DNA of 64,000 bases from Mustelus asterias. Its lineage: Eukaryota. Under the pieces are notes generated by a model. That model was not told the origin of the DNA. It saw only the letters and a program-made list of their open reading frames with translations, and did not search any database. Positions 35,080-48,086 of the stretch are shown here, in pieces. How positions within the stretch are numbered: the first letter of the stretch is position 1; each line of letters begins with the position of its first letter. The position numbers were made by a program, and so were the translations under genes. The stretch spans positions 15,128,001 to 15,192,000 of the forward strand of contig NC_135830.1 of the NCBI RefSeq assembly GCF_964213995.1, in the 5' to 3' direction.

Positions 35080-35555
35080 GAGCTTTTCTATTTGGGGAAT
35101 AGAGGGGTACAGTGAAGATTTACTATGCTGATTCCTGGGATGGCAGCTCTGTCATATGAGGAGAGATTAAATCCGTTAGGATTATATTCACTGCGGTTTC
35201 GAATAGTGAGAGGGGGTCTCATAGAAACTTATAAAATTCTAACAGGGTTCGACAGGGTAGATCCAGAAGACTGTTCCCAATGGTGGAATCCAGAACCATG
35301 GGTCATCTTTTGAAGATAAGGGAAAAACTGAGGTGAAGGGAAATTCCTTCATCCAGAGAGTGTTGAATGTATGGAATTCAATACCACCGAATGTAGTTGA
35401 GGCCAAAACGTTGTCTGATTTCAAGAAGAAATTTGATATAGCTCTTGGGGCTAAAGGGGTCGAGGGGGAAGGAGGATCAGGATATTGAATTCCATGATCA
35501 GCTATGATTACGATGAATGGCGGAGAAGGCTCCTGCTTCTAGTTTCTATGTTATG
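35080..35555 (+). mobile_element. CR1 3' fragment
   Basis: LIPGMAALSYEERLNPLGLYSL..GGLIETYKILTG. Confidence 0.8.
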
Positions 35556-35679
35556 AGTCCGTGAAATATTTCCTGGTGCAGAGTTGAGTGACTACTTATC
35601 CCCGGTATACTTACAGCACTAACTATTAATTATGTTGAGTCCTGGATGCTACTCATTAATCCCTGTACGTTAGGCTGCT

Positions 35680-35982
35680 GAATCATTGAATCCCGACAAT
35701 GCAGGATGGAGCCTGTCCCGACAACAATCCCACCCAGGCCCTATCCCCGTAACCCACATATTTACCCTGCTATCCCCTGACACTTAGGGTAGTTTTGCGT
35801 GGCCAATCCAGCAAACCTGCACAGTTTAGGAATGTGGAGGGAAACTGGAGCACCTGAGGAAACCCACGCAGACACGGTGAGAAAGTGCAAACTCCACAGA
35901 GACAGTGACCCGAGGCTGGAATCGAACCCGTGTCCCTGGGGCTGTGAGGCAACAATGCGAACCACTGCGCCACCGTGTCACC
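35680..35982 (-). mobile_element. HE1/V-SINE
   Basis: Full head, V-domain and CR1-derived tail on the minus strand. Confidence 0.88.
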
Positions 35983-36209
35983 CATAAATGATTAAATTAG
36001 AAAAAAGGATCTGCCTTAAGAAAGATTGATGGACTGAGTTCTGAGGAAAGCGAGTTAACCAGTTAATGAGACAGAATAAGTGATGATGTGGGAGAGAGCA
36101 GAGAGAGAGCAAAGACTTTAGAAATAAGTTTACGGCCAGGGAAGGAATGTGATTGGAAAGTGCCAGCTATATTAAATCATTAACTAACAGTGATTGGTTC
36201 ACTGGTTAC

Positions 36210-36530
36210 GGGGCGGCATGATGCCACAATGGTCAGCGCTGCTGTCTCACAGTGTCAGGGACCCGGGTTCAATTCCGGCTTCGGATCACTTTCTGTCTGA
36301 GTTTGCATGTTCTCCCAGTGTCTACGTGGGTCCCCTTCGGGTTCTCCTGTTTCCTCCCACAGTCCAAAGATGTGCAGGTTAGGTTGATTGGCCATGCTAA
36401 ATTGACCCGAGCGTCAGGGGATACGCAGGGTAAATACATGGAGTTGCGGGAGTGGAGCCTGGGTGGTATTGTGACCGGTATAGACTCGATGGGGCGAATG
36501 GCCTCCTTCTGCACTGCAGGGATTTTATGA
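36210..36530 (+). mobile_element. HE1/V-SINE
   Basis: Head, V-domain and tail on the plus strand. Confidence 0.88.
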
Positions 36531-36535
36531 TTCGC

Positions 36536-36645
36536 AGCTGACGTCAGCTCAGGGAGATGAGCCAATCGCAGCACTGAGAAACGCCTCCCTGTTTCTGAAT
36601 ACTTGAAGCTGCCTCTGATCTGAGTTCACTCTGTGATATAAGACT
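36536..36645 (+). promoter_or_regulatory. V-gene promoter: palindromic CRE, CCAAT and TATA-like box
   Basis: AGCTGACGTCAGCT (36536-36549), gccaatc (~36561) and gatataag (~36635), all upstream of the leader ATG. Confidence 0.65.
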
Positions 36646-36699
36646 AGAGGCAGCAACTTATTGTAAACATTGTCGCTGCTTACTGTCCAATCAGGAACC

Positions 36700-37137
36700 A
36701 TGTATCTCCTGTGTGCTTTACTGATAACAATGACCACGCTGCCCGGTGAGTCTGAGCTCAGATCCTCAGTGTGTGTTTCATGGGTTATATTTGTTCACAG
36801 ATTTCTCACACATTCTACATTTTGTTGCAGGAATCAATGGCCAAGATTCAGTTTCCCAGGACCCGGCTGAATTAACGGTTCAGGAAGGATTGAACGTAAT
36901 AGTGAATTGTAATTACACAACAACGGATGCTTTTCCAAATCTCTTCTGGTACATCCAGTATCCCGGGGAAGCTCCGAGATATTTACTGCAGAAATATAGC
37001 ACGGGGGGCGGAGAAAAGTCTCCAGATTTCCCTGACCGGTTTTCTGCTGATTTGGACAAGGACAAGAAAACAGTTCCTTTAAATATCACTGGGGTCCATG
37101 TCTCTGACTCTGCCGTGTATCACTGTGCGCTGAGCCC
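36700..37137 (+). CDS. Germline T-cell receptor alpha/delta-type V segment (leader exon 36700-36745, intron 36746-36830, V exon 36831-37137), open frame
   Basis: Leader MYLLCALLITMTTLP G|gtgagt..ttgcag|GA. V domain QDSVSQ..VQEG..VNCNY..LFWYIQYPGEAP..RFSA..VPLNITGVHVSDSAVYHCALSP, with conserved Cys/Trp/Cys. Confidence 0.92.
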
Positions 37138-37176
37138 CACACTGTTACAAAGGCGCAGTGAGCCCGTACAAAAACC
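37138..37176 (+). promoter_or_regulatory. 23-bp-spacer recombination signal sequence
   Basis: Heptamer CACACTG (37138-37144), 23-nt spacer, consensus nonamer ACAAAAACC (37168-37176). Confidence 0.95.
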
Positions 37177-37371
37177 TGCAAAGGCACTCTCACCTCCTCT
37201 CACTGAATCAGATCTGTGACCTGGATTGTGAACTGTTAATACAAACAGAACAATTGTATAACGAAGAGTTAGTCCGAATGTTCTCATTCCATGGTGCTGA
37301 ATGTGCCATTCTTGTTTAAACACTCTGCAATGCTGAGACTGGGAGAAGTGAACAACAGGGGGCAGCATTGC

Positions 37372-38470
37372 AGCTTCCATTTTACTATTATTCCTTCCAA
37401 AGTGGATAAGCTCACACTTACCAACGCTATACTCCATCTGCCAGATCCTCGCCCACTCACTTAGCCTATCCAAATCTCTCTGCAGACTTACCGCATCCTC
37501 CACGCAATTCACTTTCCCACTCATCTTTGTGTCATCCGCAAACTTTGTTACCCAACACTCGGTCCCCTCCTCCAGATCGTCTATGCATATGGTAAATACT
37601 TGAGGCCCCGGCACCAATCCCTGTGGCACGCCACTAGTCACCAACTGCCAACCAGAAAAGCACCCATTTATTCCAACTCTCTGCTTCCTGTTAGATAGCC
37701 AATCCCCAATCCACGCTAACACTTTACCCCTAACTCCGTGCACCCTGATTTTCTGCAGCAACCTTTTGTGAGGCACCTTATCGAACGCCTTCTGGAAATC
37801 CAAAAACACCACATCCACTGGTTCCCCTCTGTCAACCGCACTCGTTACATCAACATAAAAATCCAGTAAATTTGTCAAACACGACTTTCCCTTCATGAAT
37901 CCATGCTGCGTCTGCTTGATCAAACCATTTTTTTCCAGGTGTCCTGCTATTTCTTCCTTAATGATGAATTCCAGCAATTTCCCAACTACGGACGTTAAGC
38001 TAACCGGCCTGTAGTTACCCGCCTTTTGTCTACCTCCTTTTTTAAACAGTGGCGTCACATTAGCTGTTTTCCAATCAGCCGGCACTTCCCCAGAGTCCAG
38101 CGTATTTTGATAAATTACAACCAACGCATCCTCTATTACTTCTGCCATTTCTTTCAGTCCCCTGGGATGCATTCCATCCGGGCCCGGGGACTTGTCTACC
38201 TTTAGTCCCATTAGCCTCCCAAGCACTACCTCTTTAGTAATAGTAATCATTTTAAGGACCTCATCCCCTACAGTCCCATGACCGTCAATTTTCGGTAAGC
38301 TATTTGTGTCCTCTACCGTGAAGACTGATACAAAAAACTTGTTTAAGGCCTCAGCCATTTCCTCGTTTCCCATTATTAAATCCCCCTTCTCATCTACTAA
38401 GGGTCCAACATTTACTTTAGCTACTCTTTTCCTTTTTATATATTTGTAAAAACTTTTACTATCTCTCTGT
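37372..38470 (-). mobile_element. CR1 LINE RT region, open reading frame
   Basis: KSFYKYIK..KSPGPDGMHP..NYRPVSLTS..QHGFMKGKSCLTNL..DFQKAFDKV..SGVPQG..KFADDTK. Confidence 0.93.
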
Positions 38471-38692
38471 CCCTCCCCCCCCCTGGGCTTTGCCCCCCCC
38501 CCCCCCCCCCTGGGCTTTGCCCCCCCCCCTGGGCTTTGCCCCCCCCCCCCCCGGGCTTTGCCCCCCCCCCCCGGGCTTTGCCCCCCCCCCCCGGGCTTTG
38601 CCCCCCCCCGGGCTTTGCCCCCCCCCCGGGCTTTGCCCCCCCCGGGCATTGCCCCCCCCCGAGCATTGCCCCCCCCCGAGCATTGCCCCCCC
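38471..38692. repeat. G-rich (minus strand) tandem array of 11 units: G-runs separated by CAAAGCCC/CAATGC(T/C)C
   Basis: Plus strand shows poly-C tracts alternating with tgggctttg x3, cgggctttg x5, cgggcattg x1 and cgagcattg x2. Confidence 0.9.
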
Positions 38693-38761
38693 AACCCACA
38701 CATCCTGGGACACTAAGTGGCAATTGAGCATGGCCAATCAACCTAACCTGTACATCTTATA

Positions 38762-38920
38762 AACAGTAAGAAGTCTCACAATACCAGGTTAAAGTCCAAC
38801 AGGTTTATTTGATCGCACGAGCTTTCGGAGCACTGCTCCTTCATCAGGTGAATGGCCACTCACCTGATGAACCTGGTGTTGTGTGCCCACCCCAGTCCAA
38901 CGCCGACATCTCCACGTCAT
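38762..38920. mobile_element. Penelope-like element terminus in inverted arrangement
   Basis: Reverse complement of the 3' end of the Penelope relic at 50450-50545; internal inverted repeat ttcatcaggtga..tcacctgatgaa. Confidence 0.7.
38816..38850 (-). ncRNA. Minimal type I hammerhead ribozyme motif (Penelope-associated)
   Basis: CAC-CTGATGA-A-GGAGC agt GCTCC-GAAA-GC-TC-GTG: intact CUGAUGA/GAAA core, stem II, palindromic AGCU stem III, UC cleavage site and CAC/GTG stem I. Confidence 0.72.
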
Positions 38921-39656
38921 CTTATGGACTGCAGATTGATTCTCTGTAGAATCCTGTTCTTTCTCTCTATCAACATTCCTCTGCAAGTTTTATTTCCTTC
39001 AAGTACCCATCCAATTTCATTTTGAAATGATTGAATCTTCTGTTCCACCATCCTCATAGGCAGCGAGTTCTAGATCATGTGCTCTCCCTACCTAAATATA
39101 AATCTTCCTCAAATCCCTGCTCTACCACTACTCAAGTAATGTCCTGTATGTTACACTTTTATCCAGTATTATAGACATCTGTCTGGCAGCCTGCATGGAG
39201 ATTTTCAGCTCCCTGTGTCCAGGACAGGAAGCCGTGAGCATGGATCTGTCAATCAGCCTCAATCAGCACCTTCAGGAGAATTGGGAGGGTGAATATTAGA
39301 TACAGCAGAGTGAGAATTGAGGGAGAGTGTGTGGGATGGAGATTTACTGCGTTTGGGGAATGAGAGAGGAAAGAATGTTCCATAGAAACTAGAATTGTCT
39401 GTTCTGAATTTCTGTCCTGTACTGACACTGATGAATTTTGTAATCTCCTTTTGCAGGATATCAGAAGGTGGGGATTTACAGACAGAAATCTCGAATCAAA
39501 CGTCACATCAACATCTGACAGACATTTGATTGATTGGGACCCGAATATCATTGGCCTTTCAATCTTGAAGGAGAAATCTTTTAATGTTCTGTCTGCGTCA
39601 GAATTTTTTATAACATAAATGTGACTGGAAATACACCAAGACACAGACACACCTGA

Positions 39657-39764
<108 letters not shown>

Positions 39765-39778
39765 TGAGATTTAATTGA

Positions 39779-40237
<459 letters not shown>

Positions 40238-41092
40238 TGACAGGGGTTGGATTCTGTTTTATTGCTGCTGTTAATCACATCCAGGACTGAACCATGTTCA
40301 TTCTGACAGTTGGTGAAGTGGGAGGGTCGGAGGGTTTCTTTCTGCTGGACTGGCCGGTCTCACGACTTTGCTTCTAGTTCGCTGATGCTCTTTGAGCCTG
40401 GGAGAGCACATTGCCACTGAAATGATCCACAAAAGCTGATGAAGGACATTTATTTTATCCTGGATAGTAAATAGTGTTTTTCCTACCACTACAGGTAGAT
40501 TTAAAATAAATACAGAAAGGACTGGAAAAACACAACACGTCTTGCAGCATCTGTGGAGAGAGAAACAGTGTTAATGTTTCACACTACTGGATTGGGAATC
40601 AATCTTGTAAACCTCCTCTGAACTGCTTCCAATGTATTTATATCCTTTGTTTAATAGGAGACAAAATTGTACCCTGTGTTCAAGGTGCAATCTCAGCAAC
40701 GCCCTGCACAACTGAAGCATAACATCTTTACTTCTATGTTCAATTTCTCTCAGAATAAAGGATAACATTCCATTTATAAGAACTTTGATTTGTTTGAACT
40801 AAGATTTATGAGGGTTCTCTTGTTTACAATAACTTCCCTCATCGTAAATCACACCAGGTTCCAGTGACTTAATCATATAGCAAGAAAGAACACTTTAAAT
40901 GGTGAATTCAGAAAGTTTATTAACCATTAAAAATGTAACGAGTCAGAAAGATAAAAAAGCAAAGTATCGATCAACAGCAAAAGGAGGAGAGCTTAACTTC
41001 AACTTCTCCATCCTTCTCAAACCAGGACATGAAGTGATGGCTCTGAAAACGTGGATAACTTGTAAAACTAACAGCTCTCAACGTCTCTCTGT

Positions 41093-41375
41093 AGGGCACA
41101 GTGTGAGGCACTGCTGCCTCACAGCAGAGGGTTCGAGTCCCGGCTTGGGTCACTGGCTGTGCGGAGTTCGCCCATTCTCCCCGTGTCTGTGCAGGTTTCC
41201 TCTGGGTGCTCCGGTTTCCTCCCACAGTCCGAAAGACGTGCTGGTTGGGTACATTGGCCATGCTAAATTCTTCCTCAGTTTACCCAAACAGGCACCAGAG
41301 TGTGGCGACTGGGGGATTATCAGAGTAACTTCATTGCAATGTTAATGTAAGTCTATGTGTGACACTAATAAACAA
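41093..41375 (+). mobile_element. HE1/V-SINE
   Basis: Head, V-domain and gtgacactaataaa tail. Confidence 0.82.
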
Positions 41376-42044
41376 ACTATAAAAAAAGTTAACTTTTAAA
41401 AACTTCTACCAGATTGGTTTCTCGAATCCCCTTTTTTATACTTTCAAAATGTAGAAAGCCATCCTCAGCTAATTGTTAGGAATTAGCCAATTGGTCTATA
41501 ACTTGTCAATAATGAAATTGATTTGGTTTTTAGCTAATTGCACATATTGTCTTAATTTTAAGACATACCTTTCTCTCAAACGATATCTCTTAGCTTGGGG
41601 TAGCCCAAGTGTTGACCGATAATTGGTTCACATCAGTCATTCAATGTTGAGACATCTTGAACAGGAGCCGATTCATTCCCTCCAGTCAAGGTTAACAAGT
41701 CCTTTCATCTTTCTTTATTCTGTCAGCATGGGAAGGGAACATCTTATAATTCCCACAGCATTTTAACCATTCTTAAAGTGTTTATAATTCTAAAAGTTAT
41801 AAACCTGTGTTCAAATTTATATTTCCAGCCTTTATAACATATGTATTAATGAATCATTTATTATTTAATTGTCTCACAATTAATGCTGTCTATTTAACTA
41901 ATCTGGCTGCTTTCCAATTGTGGGAACTTCAGGCCACAAAAAAGGTAGTTAGAGTTGTAGAGGTTTACAGCATGGAAACAGGCCTTTCGGCCCAACTTGT
42001 CCATGCTGCCCAGTTTTTACCACTAAGCTAGTCCTAATTGCCCT

Positions 42045-42190
42045 GGAATATTACTCATGATCTGTGCTTCCAAGCATTTTGAATGTGCATCTACAACAAG
42101 CAAAAACATGTGATTCATGAAAGGCCCCCCAAGGGCCACATGTAGTCTGGACCACGGCCTATCAGGCCACTCCCGAGGATGAAGTGGTAA
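42045..42190 (-). mobile_element. Gypsy-type integrase relic
   Basis: PLHPREWPDRPWSRLHVALGGPFMNHMFLLVVDAHSKCLEA. Confidence 0.8.
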
Positions 42191-42815
42191 TGTACCCAGT
42201 GTGTTGTGGGGAATGAACTCAGAAGAATCATTCAACACTCAAACCTGATTCAATCGACAAACAGTTTATTGAGCTAGGCCAGTGGGGAGAAGCCACAGGG
42301 GCTGACCATGTGTAACTCCACCCAACAAAGAAAATCATCAATTCTTATCCAGTTACTCAGCCCATCCCGGCTGGACACAATCCAATCAGAATGGTGATAG
42401 ATTACATACATTATAGGTTCAATAAAATTAGTATCTGGGCATTATGGGGCTTTGTGATCATCTCATGGACAGATAGGTGCCCCCATCATGATGTTTTCCA
42501 GACCCCCTCGTCTACCATCCTTGGGGTTTTCTTTGTACATAGACTCAGTTTGAAAAGGGGTGGATTAAAAATTCTCAAATGGATGTCAGCACCCTTCCTT
42601 TGTTTCAATCTAATGACCACACGGTCTGGGAACATTTCTATTTAATAATCTCTCCTTTTAAACTCTGTTCTTCAGTATCCAATTCCAGAATTTTCCTTTT
42701 CATTGTGTTAATTGTGTCAGGATTAAATCTTTGGACCTGACAGGAAGTTTAACCCAAGATCAATCCAACACAGGATTGGTCAGAATCGTTTCATATGTAC
42801 CAAATTTTAAATAAC

Positions 42816-43392
42816 TGAAGGGGGCGACCTTTATGCTTAATATCATGGATATTTTTACGTGTGTATATCAAATTTATTTTAAAATATTGTCAACAGTTCA
42901 CAGCAATGCGATGACTCATGGAGAGGCTCCTTGCACCCCCTAATCACTTCAGACAGCCTTAATCACTTTAGACTCCAAGCAGGGAAACACAGACAATAGC
43001 TCAACTGATTAGATTATGCAAGAAGCTCAAATCACAAAGGGAGCCCTCCAGAAACAGATCAGCCCAGGGGAAATGGGATCAGCTCCACCTATCTATAATG
43101 GCTGTTTTAATATCTCGCTATTGTGCCACTGCTTTGTGTTATGAGCTGGTACTGATCATGTAACTTGTCGTAAATGTTGAACCTATTACCATATGTTTGG
43201 CATGAAGTTCAAAACCCTATAAACTGTAAAGCGCATAATGGCCAGGCAGAGCAGTTGACGAGCAGCTGTCTCTCCCCAGGCCTGCGGTTTTGTTATTTTA
43301 AACAGAGAATAAAATTTGTGTTGCCTTTTTGTACTGTACTCATGTCTGCTTGTCTTTCATGCTGGTAGGAAGTGAGAAAACTTCCCCTTACA
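42816..43392 (+). mobile_element. Solo LTR (577 bp) with 5-bp target-site duplication ATAAC
   Basis: TGAAGGGG...CCCCTTACA termini; ATAAC at 42811-42815 and 43393-43397; TATAAA at ~43218; AATAAA at ~43308. Confidence 0.85.
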
Positions 43393-44249
43393 ATAACCAT
43401 GACAAATTAAAACTCTCAATTTCATGAGTGAGTTTTATCTGGATTAAAATTCCCACATGTTTAGTAAAATATCCTGGAATCCTGTCTCTGGACAGTAAAT
43501 ATGGCTCCAGGTTCATAACTTTTGAAAAAAAAAGCTTTATTCATTACACTTCCATTTTAAAAATCTGTTTGATTTAAATCACAGACAAAAAACCTCAAAG
43601 CTTAAAGCGTTCAACCCACAAATATCATCCACACACCAACAGAGAAACTTAGCATGTGCTTTACAATAATAACCAAAATTAATTACTTAAGCATTCTTCT
43701 GATTCTGTTTTTAAACTCCCAAAAATGCCTTTAATTAAAGACTCAAGGTAAGGTTAATTCCCCAGAAAGATAAACCTTAACAAATGTAGCCCAAAACAAT
43801 GATAAAACACATCTACAAACATCCACACAAAAACAAACAAAACACACAGATTCTCACAGCTTGTAAATTTCAAACAATGAATCCTCAGCATTCTCTCTCG
43901 CAGCTATAACTTCTTAAAGCGACAGAGCACTACAAGCTCACAACTCCTTGATTAAAATAAGATGCAAGATCCTTCATTGTAACTTAACCCTTTTTAAGCC
44001 AACTTCCAAGGCCTGATTTTATCAGCAACATCTAATCTTTGTTAATTTAAAATCCCAAACACGTTACCACCTGCAAACTCTTTGTTCTTTATCTGGTGTT
44101 GAGGTGACAACAAAATAAAATTCTCAGTTATTCCAAATTCCTCCAGGGTATGCTTAAAATTTCCACATTTAACTGGCTCCAATAAATCCACAATTATAAA
44201 CTAAAATAGACACGAGTTTCTGGGTGATTTAAAAACAAGTTAAAAACAA

Positions 44250-46995
44250 GATGCCAGAGGAAAGATAGAACAGGAGGAAAGAAAGGAGGGGGAGTTGCAC
44301 TTTTGATTCAGGAAAACATCACGGCAGTACTGAGAGGGGATATATCCGAGGGTTCGCCTACTGAGTCAAAAGGGTTGAACTGAGAAAGAAGGGGGAAATC
44401 ACTTTGATATGGTTGTACTATAGGCCCCCAAATAGTCGGTGGGAAATTGAGGAGCAAATATGTAAGGAGATTACAGATAGTTCCAAGAAAAATTGGGTGG
44501 TAATAGTCGGGGATTTTAACTTTCCCAACATTGACTGGGACAGCCAGAGGCTTGGATGGAGAGAAATTTGTTGAGTGTATTCAGGAGGAATTTCTCATTC
44601 AGTATGTGGATGGCCCGACTAGAGAGGGGCAAAAGTTCACCTCCTCTTGGGAAATAAGCCCGACTAGAGAGGGGCAAAAGTTCACCTCCTCTTGGGAAAT
44701 AAGGAAGGGCAGGTGATAGAAGTGTGAGTGAGGGATCACTTTGGGACCAGTGACCATAATTCCATTAGTTTTAAGATACCTATGGAAAATGATTGGTCAG
44801 GTCCAAAAGTTAAAATTCTAAATTAGGGAAAGGCCAATGTTGATGGTATCAGGCAGGAACTTTCGACAGTTAACTGGGGGAGTCTGTGGGAAGGCAAAGG
44901 GACGTCTGGTAAGTGGGAGGCTTTCAAAAGTGTTTTAACCAGGGTTCAGGGTAAGCACATTGCTCTTAGAGTGATGGGCAAGGCTGGTAGAAGTCGGGAA
45001 CCCTGGATGACTCGAGATATTGAAGCCCTCGTCAAGAAGAAGGAGGCACATGACATGCATCGGCAGCTGGGATCAAGTGGATCCCTTGAAGAGTTTCGAG
45101 GGTGTAGGAGTAGAATTAAGAGAGAAGTCAGGAGGGCAAAAAGGGGACACGAGATTGTTTTGGCAGATAAGGCAAAGGAGAATCCAAAGAGGTTCTATAA
45201 ATACATAAAGTGCCAAAGAGTAACTAGGTAGAGAGCAGGGCCTCTTAAGGATCAACAAGGTCATCTATGTGCGGATCCACAAGAGATGGGTGAGATCATA
45301 AATGAATATTTTTCATCATTATTTATTGTTGAGAAAAGCATGGATGTTAGGGAACTTGGGGAAATAAAGTGATGTCTTGAGAAGTGTACTTATAACAGAG
45401 AAGGAGGTGCTGGAAGTCACAAAGCGCATCAAGGTAGATAAATCCCCGGGACCTGATGAAGTGTATCCCAGAACACTGTGGGAGGCTAGGGAGGAAATTG
45501 CGGGTCTCCTAGCAGAGATATTTGAATCATCGATAGTCACGGGTGAGGTGCCTAAAGATTGGAGGGTGGCAAATGTGGAGCCTTTGTTTAAAAAGGGCTG
45601 CAGGGAAAAGCCTGGGAACTAAAGGGCGGTGTGATTCACATCTGTAAGTTGTCAGAAGGTATTTGAGAGACAGGATCTACAGGCATTTGGAGACACAAGG
45701 ACTGATTAGGGACGGTCAGCATGGCTTTGTGAGTGGAAAATCATGTCTCACAAATTTGATTGAGTTTTTTGAAGGGGTAACCAAGAAGGTAGATCAGGGC
45801 AGTACAGGTGATGCTGTCTACGTGGACTTTAGCAAGGCCTTTGACAAGGTACCGCAAGGTAGGTTGTTGCTTAAGGTTAAATCTAATGAAATCCAGGGTG
45901 AGTTAGCCAAATGGATACAAAATTGGCTTGATGACAGAAGACAGAGGGTGGTTGTAGAAGGTTGTTTTTCAAACTGGAGCCTGTGACCAGCGGTGTGCCT
46001 CAAGGATCGGTGCTGGGTCCACTGTTATTTGTCATTTATATTAATGATTTGGATGAGAATGTAGGAGGCATGGGTAGTAAGTTTTCAGATGACACCAAAG
46101 TTGGTGGCATTGTGGACAGTGGAGAAGGCTATCTAGGATTGTAGCGCGATCTTGATCAATTGGGCCAGTGGGCTGACGAATGGCAGATGGAGTTTAATTT
46201 AGATAAATGCAAGGTAATCCATTTTGGGCGATCGAACCAGGACAGGACTTACTCAGTTAATGGTAGGGTGTTGGGGAGAGTTACAGAACAGAAATCTAGG
46301 GGTACAGGTACATAGCTCCTTGAAAATGGAGTTGCAGGTGGACAGAGTGGTGAAGAAGGCATTCTGCATGTTGGTCAGAACATTGAATACAGGAGTTGGA
46401 ATGTCTTGTTGAAGTTTTACAAGACATTGGTAAGGCCACACTTGGAATACTGTGTACAGTTCTGGTCACCCTATGATAGAAAGGATATTATTAAACTAGA
46501 AAGACTGCAGAAAAGATTTACTGGGATGCTACCGGGATTTGATGATTTGAGTTATAAAGAGAGGCTGGATAGACTGGGACTTTTTTCCCTGGAATGTAGG
46601 AGGCTTAGGGGTGAACTTATAGAGGTCTATAAAATAATGAGGGGCATAGATCAGCTAGATAGTCAATATCTTTTCCCAAAGGTAGGGGAGTCTAAAACTA
46701 GAGGGCATAGGTTTAAGGTGAGAGGGGAGAGATACAGAAGGGTCCAGAGGGGCACTTGTTTCACACAGAGGGTGGTGAGTGTCTGGAAAAAGGTGCCAGA
46801 GGTAGTAGTAGAGGCAGGTACAATTTTGTCTTTTAAAAAGCGTTTAGACAGTTACATGGGTAAGATGGGTGTCGAGGGATATGGGCCAAACGTGGACAAT
46901 TGGGATGAGCACAGGGGTTAAAAAAGGGGCGGCATGGACAAGTTGGGCTGAAGGGCCCGTTTCCAAGCTGGAAACCTCTATGACTCCATGACTAA
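44250..46995 (+). mobile_element. Long decayed CR1 LINE (endonuclease remnant, RT, 3' UTR)
   Basis: GGGVALL, YYRPPNS, GDFNFPNIDW and RT motifs with many stops/frameshifts; internal tandem duplication at ~44613-44702. Confidence 0.93.
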
Positions 46996-47584
46996 ATCAA
47001 CTGTCTGCTGAAAGGGTTAACTTTTCTACAGAACCGAAAGGGGTGGGGAGTGAGAAGAAACTTGGCACACAGTTACATCACTTTACATAATTTTTAAAAA
47101 CTTCTCTAACAACAAAACAAAGTTGATTTTAAACTTTATCTATGAATTCTTTTGTTCTCTTCCTCAACCTAATTATTTTAATTTGTTCAGTTTTTGTTAG
47201 GGATGGGTAACTTCTGTTCTTTATAAACTGGTTCACTCATTTTGTTAATTCTACATGGGCTCGGAGAATCAGAACCCAGACTTTATCATCCTGATCCTTT
47301 TTCTCCTTCTGCCACCACTCCCTCTGTTTTGAAGGAGGGTCATGGGGATTCCAATCAGAACTAATCATTTCATCAGAAGAGTAAAATACTGCAGATACCG
47401 GAATCTGAAACAAAAACACAAAATGCTGGAAAATCTCAGTAGGTCTGACAGCACCTGTGAAGAATGGAGCCAAGGTTTCGATAATGGATGACCCTTCATA
47501 ACAGCTCTCATGAAGTATCATTCAGACTCAAAATGTTGGCTCTGTTCTCTAATCATTTTATCGATACATTTCTTGTTCTTAGTT

Positions 47585-47860
47585 TGAGGTTTAAAGTGAG
47601 AGGGGAGAGATACAAAAGGGTCCAGAGGGGCAGTTTTTCACTCAGGTCGTGGTGAGTGTCTGGAACGAGTTGCCAGAGGCAGTGGTAGAGGTGGGTACAA
47701 TACTGTCTTTTCAAAAGCATTTAGACAGTTACACGGGTAAGATGGGTATAGAGGGATATGGGCAAAATACGGGCAATTGGGACTAGCTTAGTGGTAAAAA
47801 CTGAGCGGAATGGACAATTTGGGCTGAAGGGCCTGTTTCCATGTTGTAAACCTCTATAAC
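47585..47860 (+). mobile_element. CR1 3' fragment
   Basis: Homologous to 46710-46985. Confidence 0.8.
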
Positions 47861-48086
47861 TTCCTAACACCCTGTCACTCTGTGATCCATGTGAAATCTA
47901 AAAACCAGGTATTCGCAACAAGACTCAAAGAGCATCAGCCCACTGGAGGCAAAGTCATGAGACCGGCCAGTCCAGCAGAAAGAAACCCTCCGACCCTCCC
48001 CATTGACCAACTGTGAGAATGAACAAAATGCAGTCCTGGATGTAATTGAGAGCAGAAACAATAACAGCAGAATCCAACCTCTGGAA

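Noticed and set aside
37120-38703. 527-aa Gly-rich RT fusion protein
   Set aside because: Chance frame continuity across a SINE remnant, a G-rich array, CR1 RT and unrelated flank.
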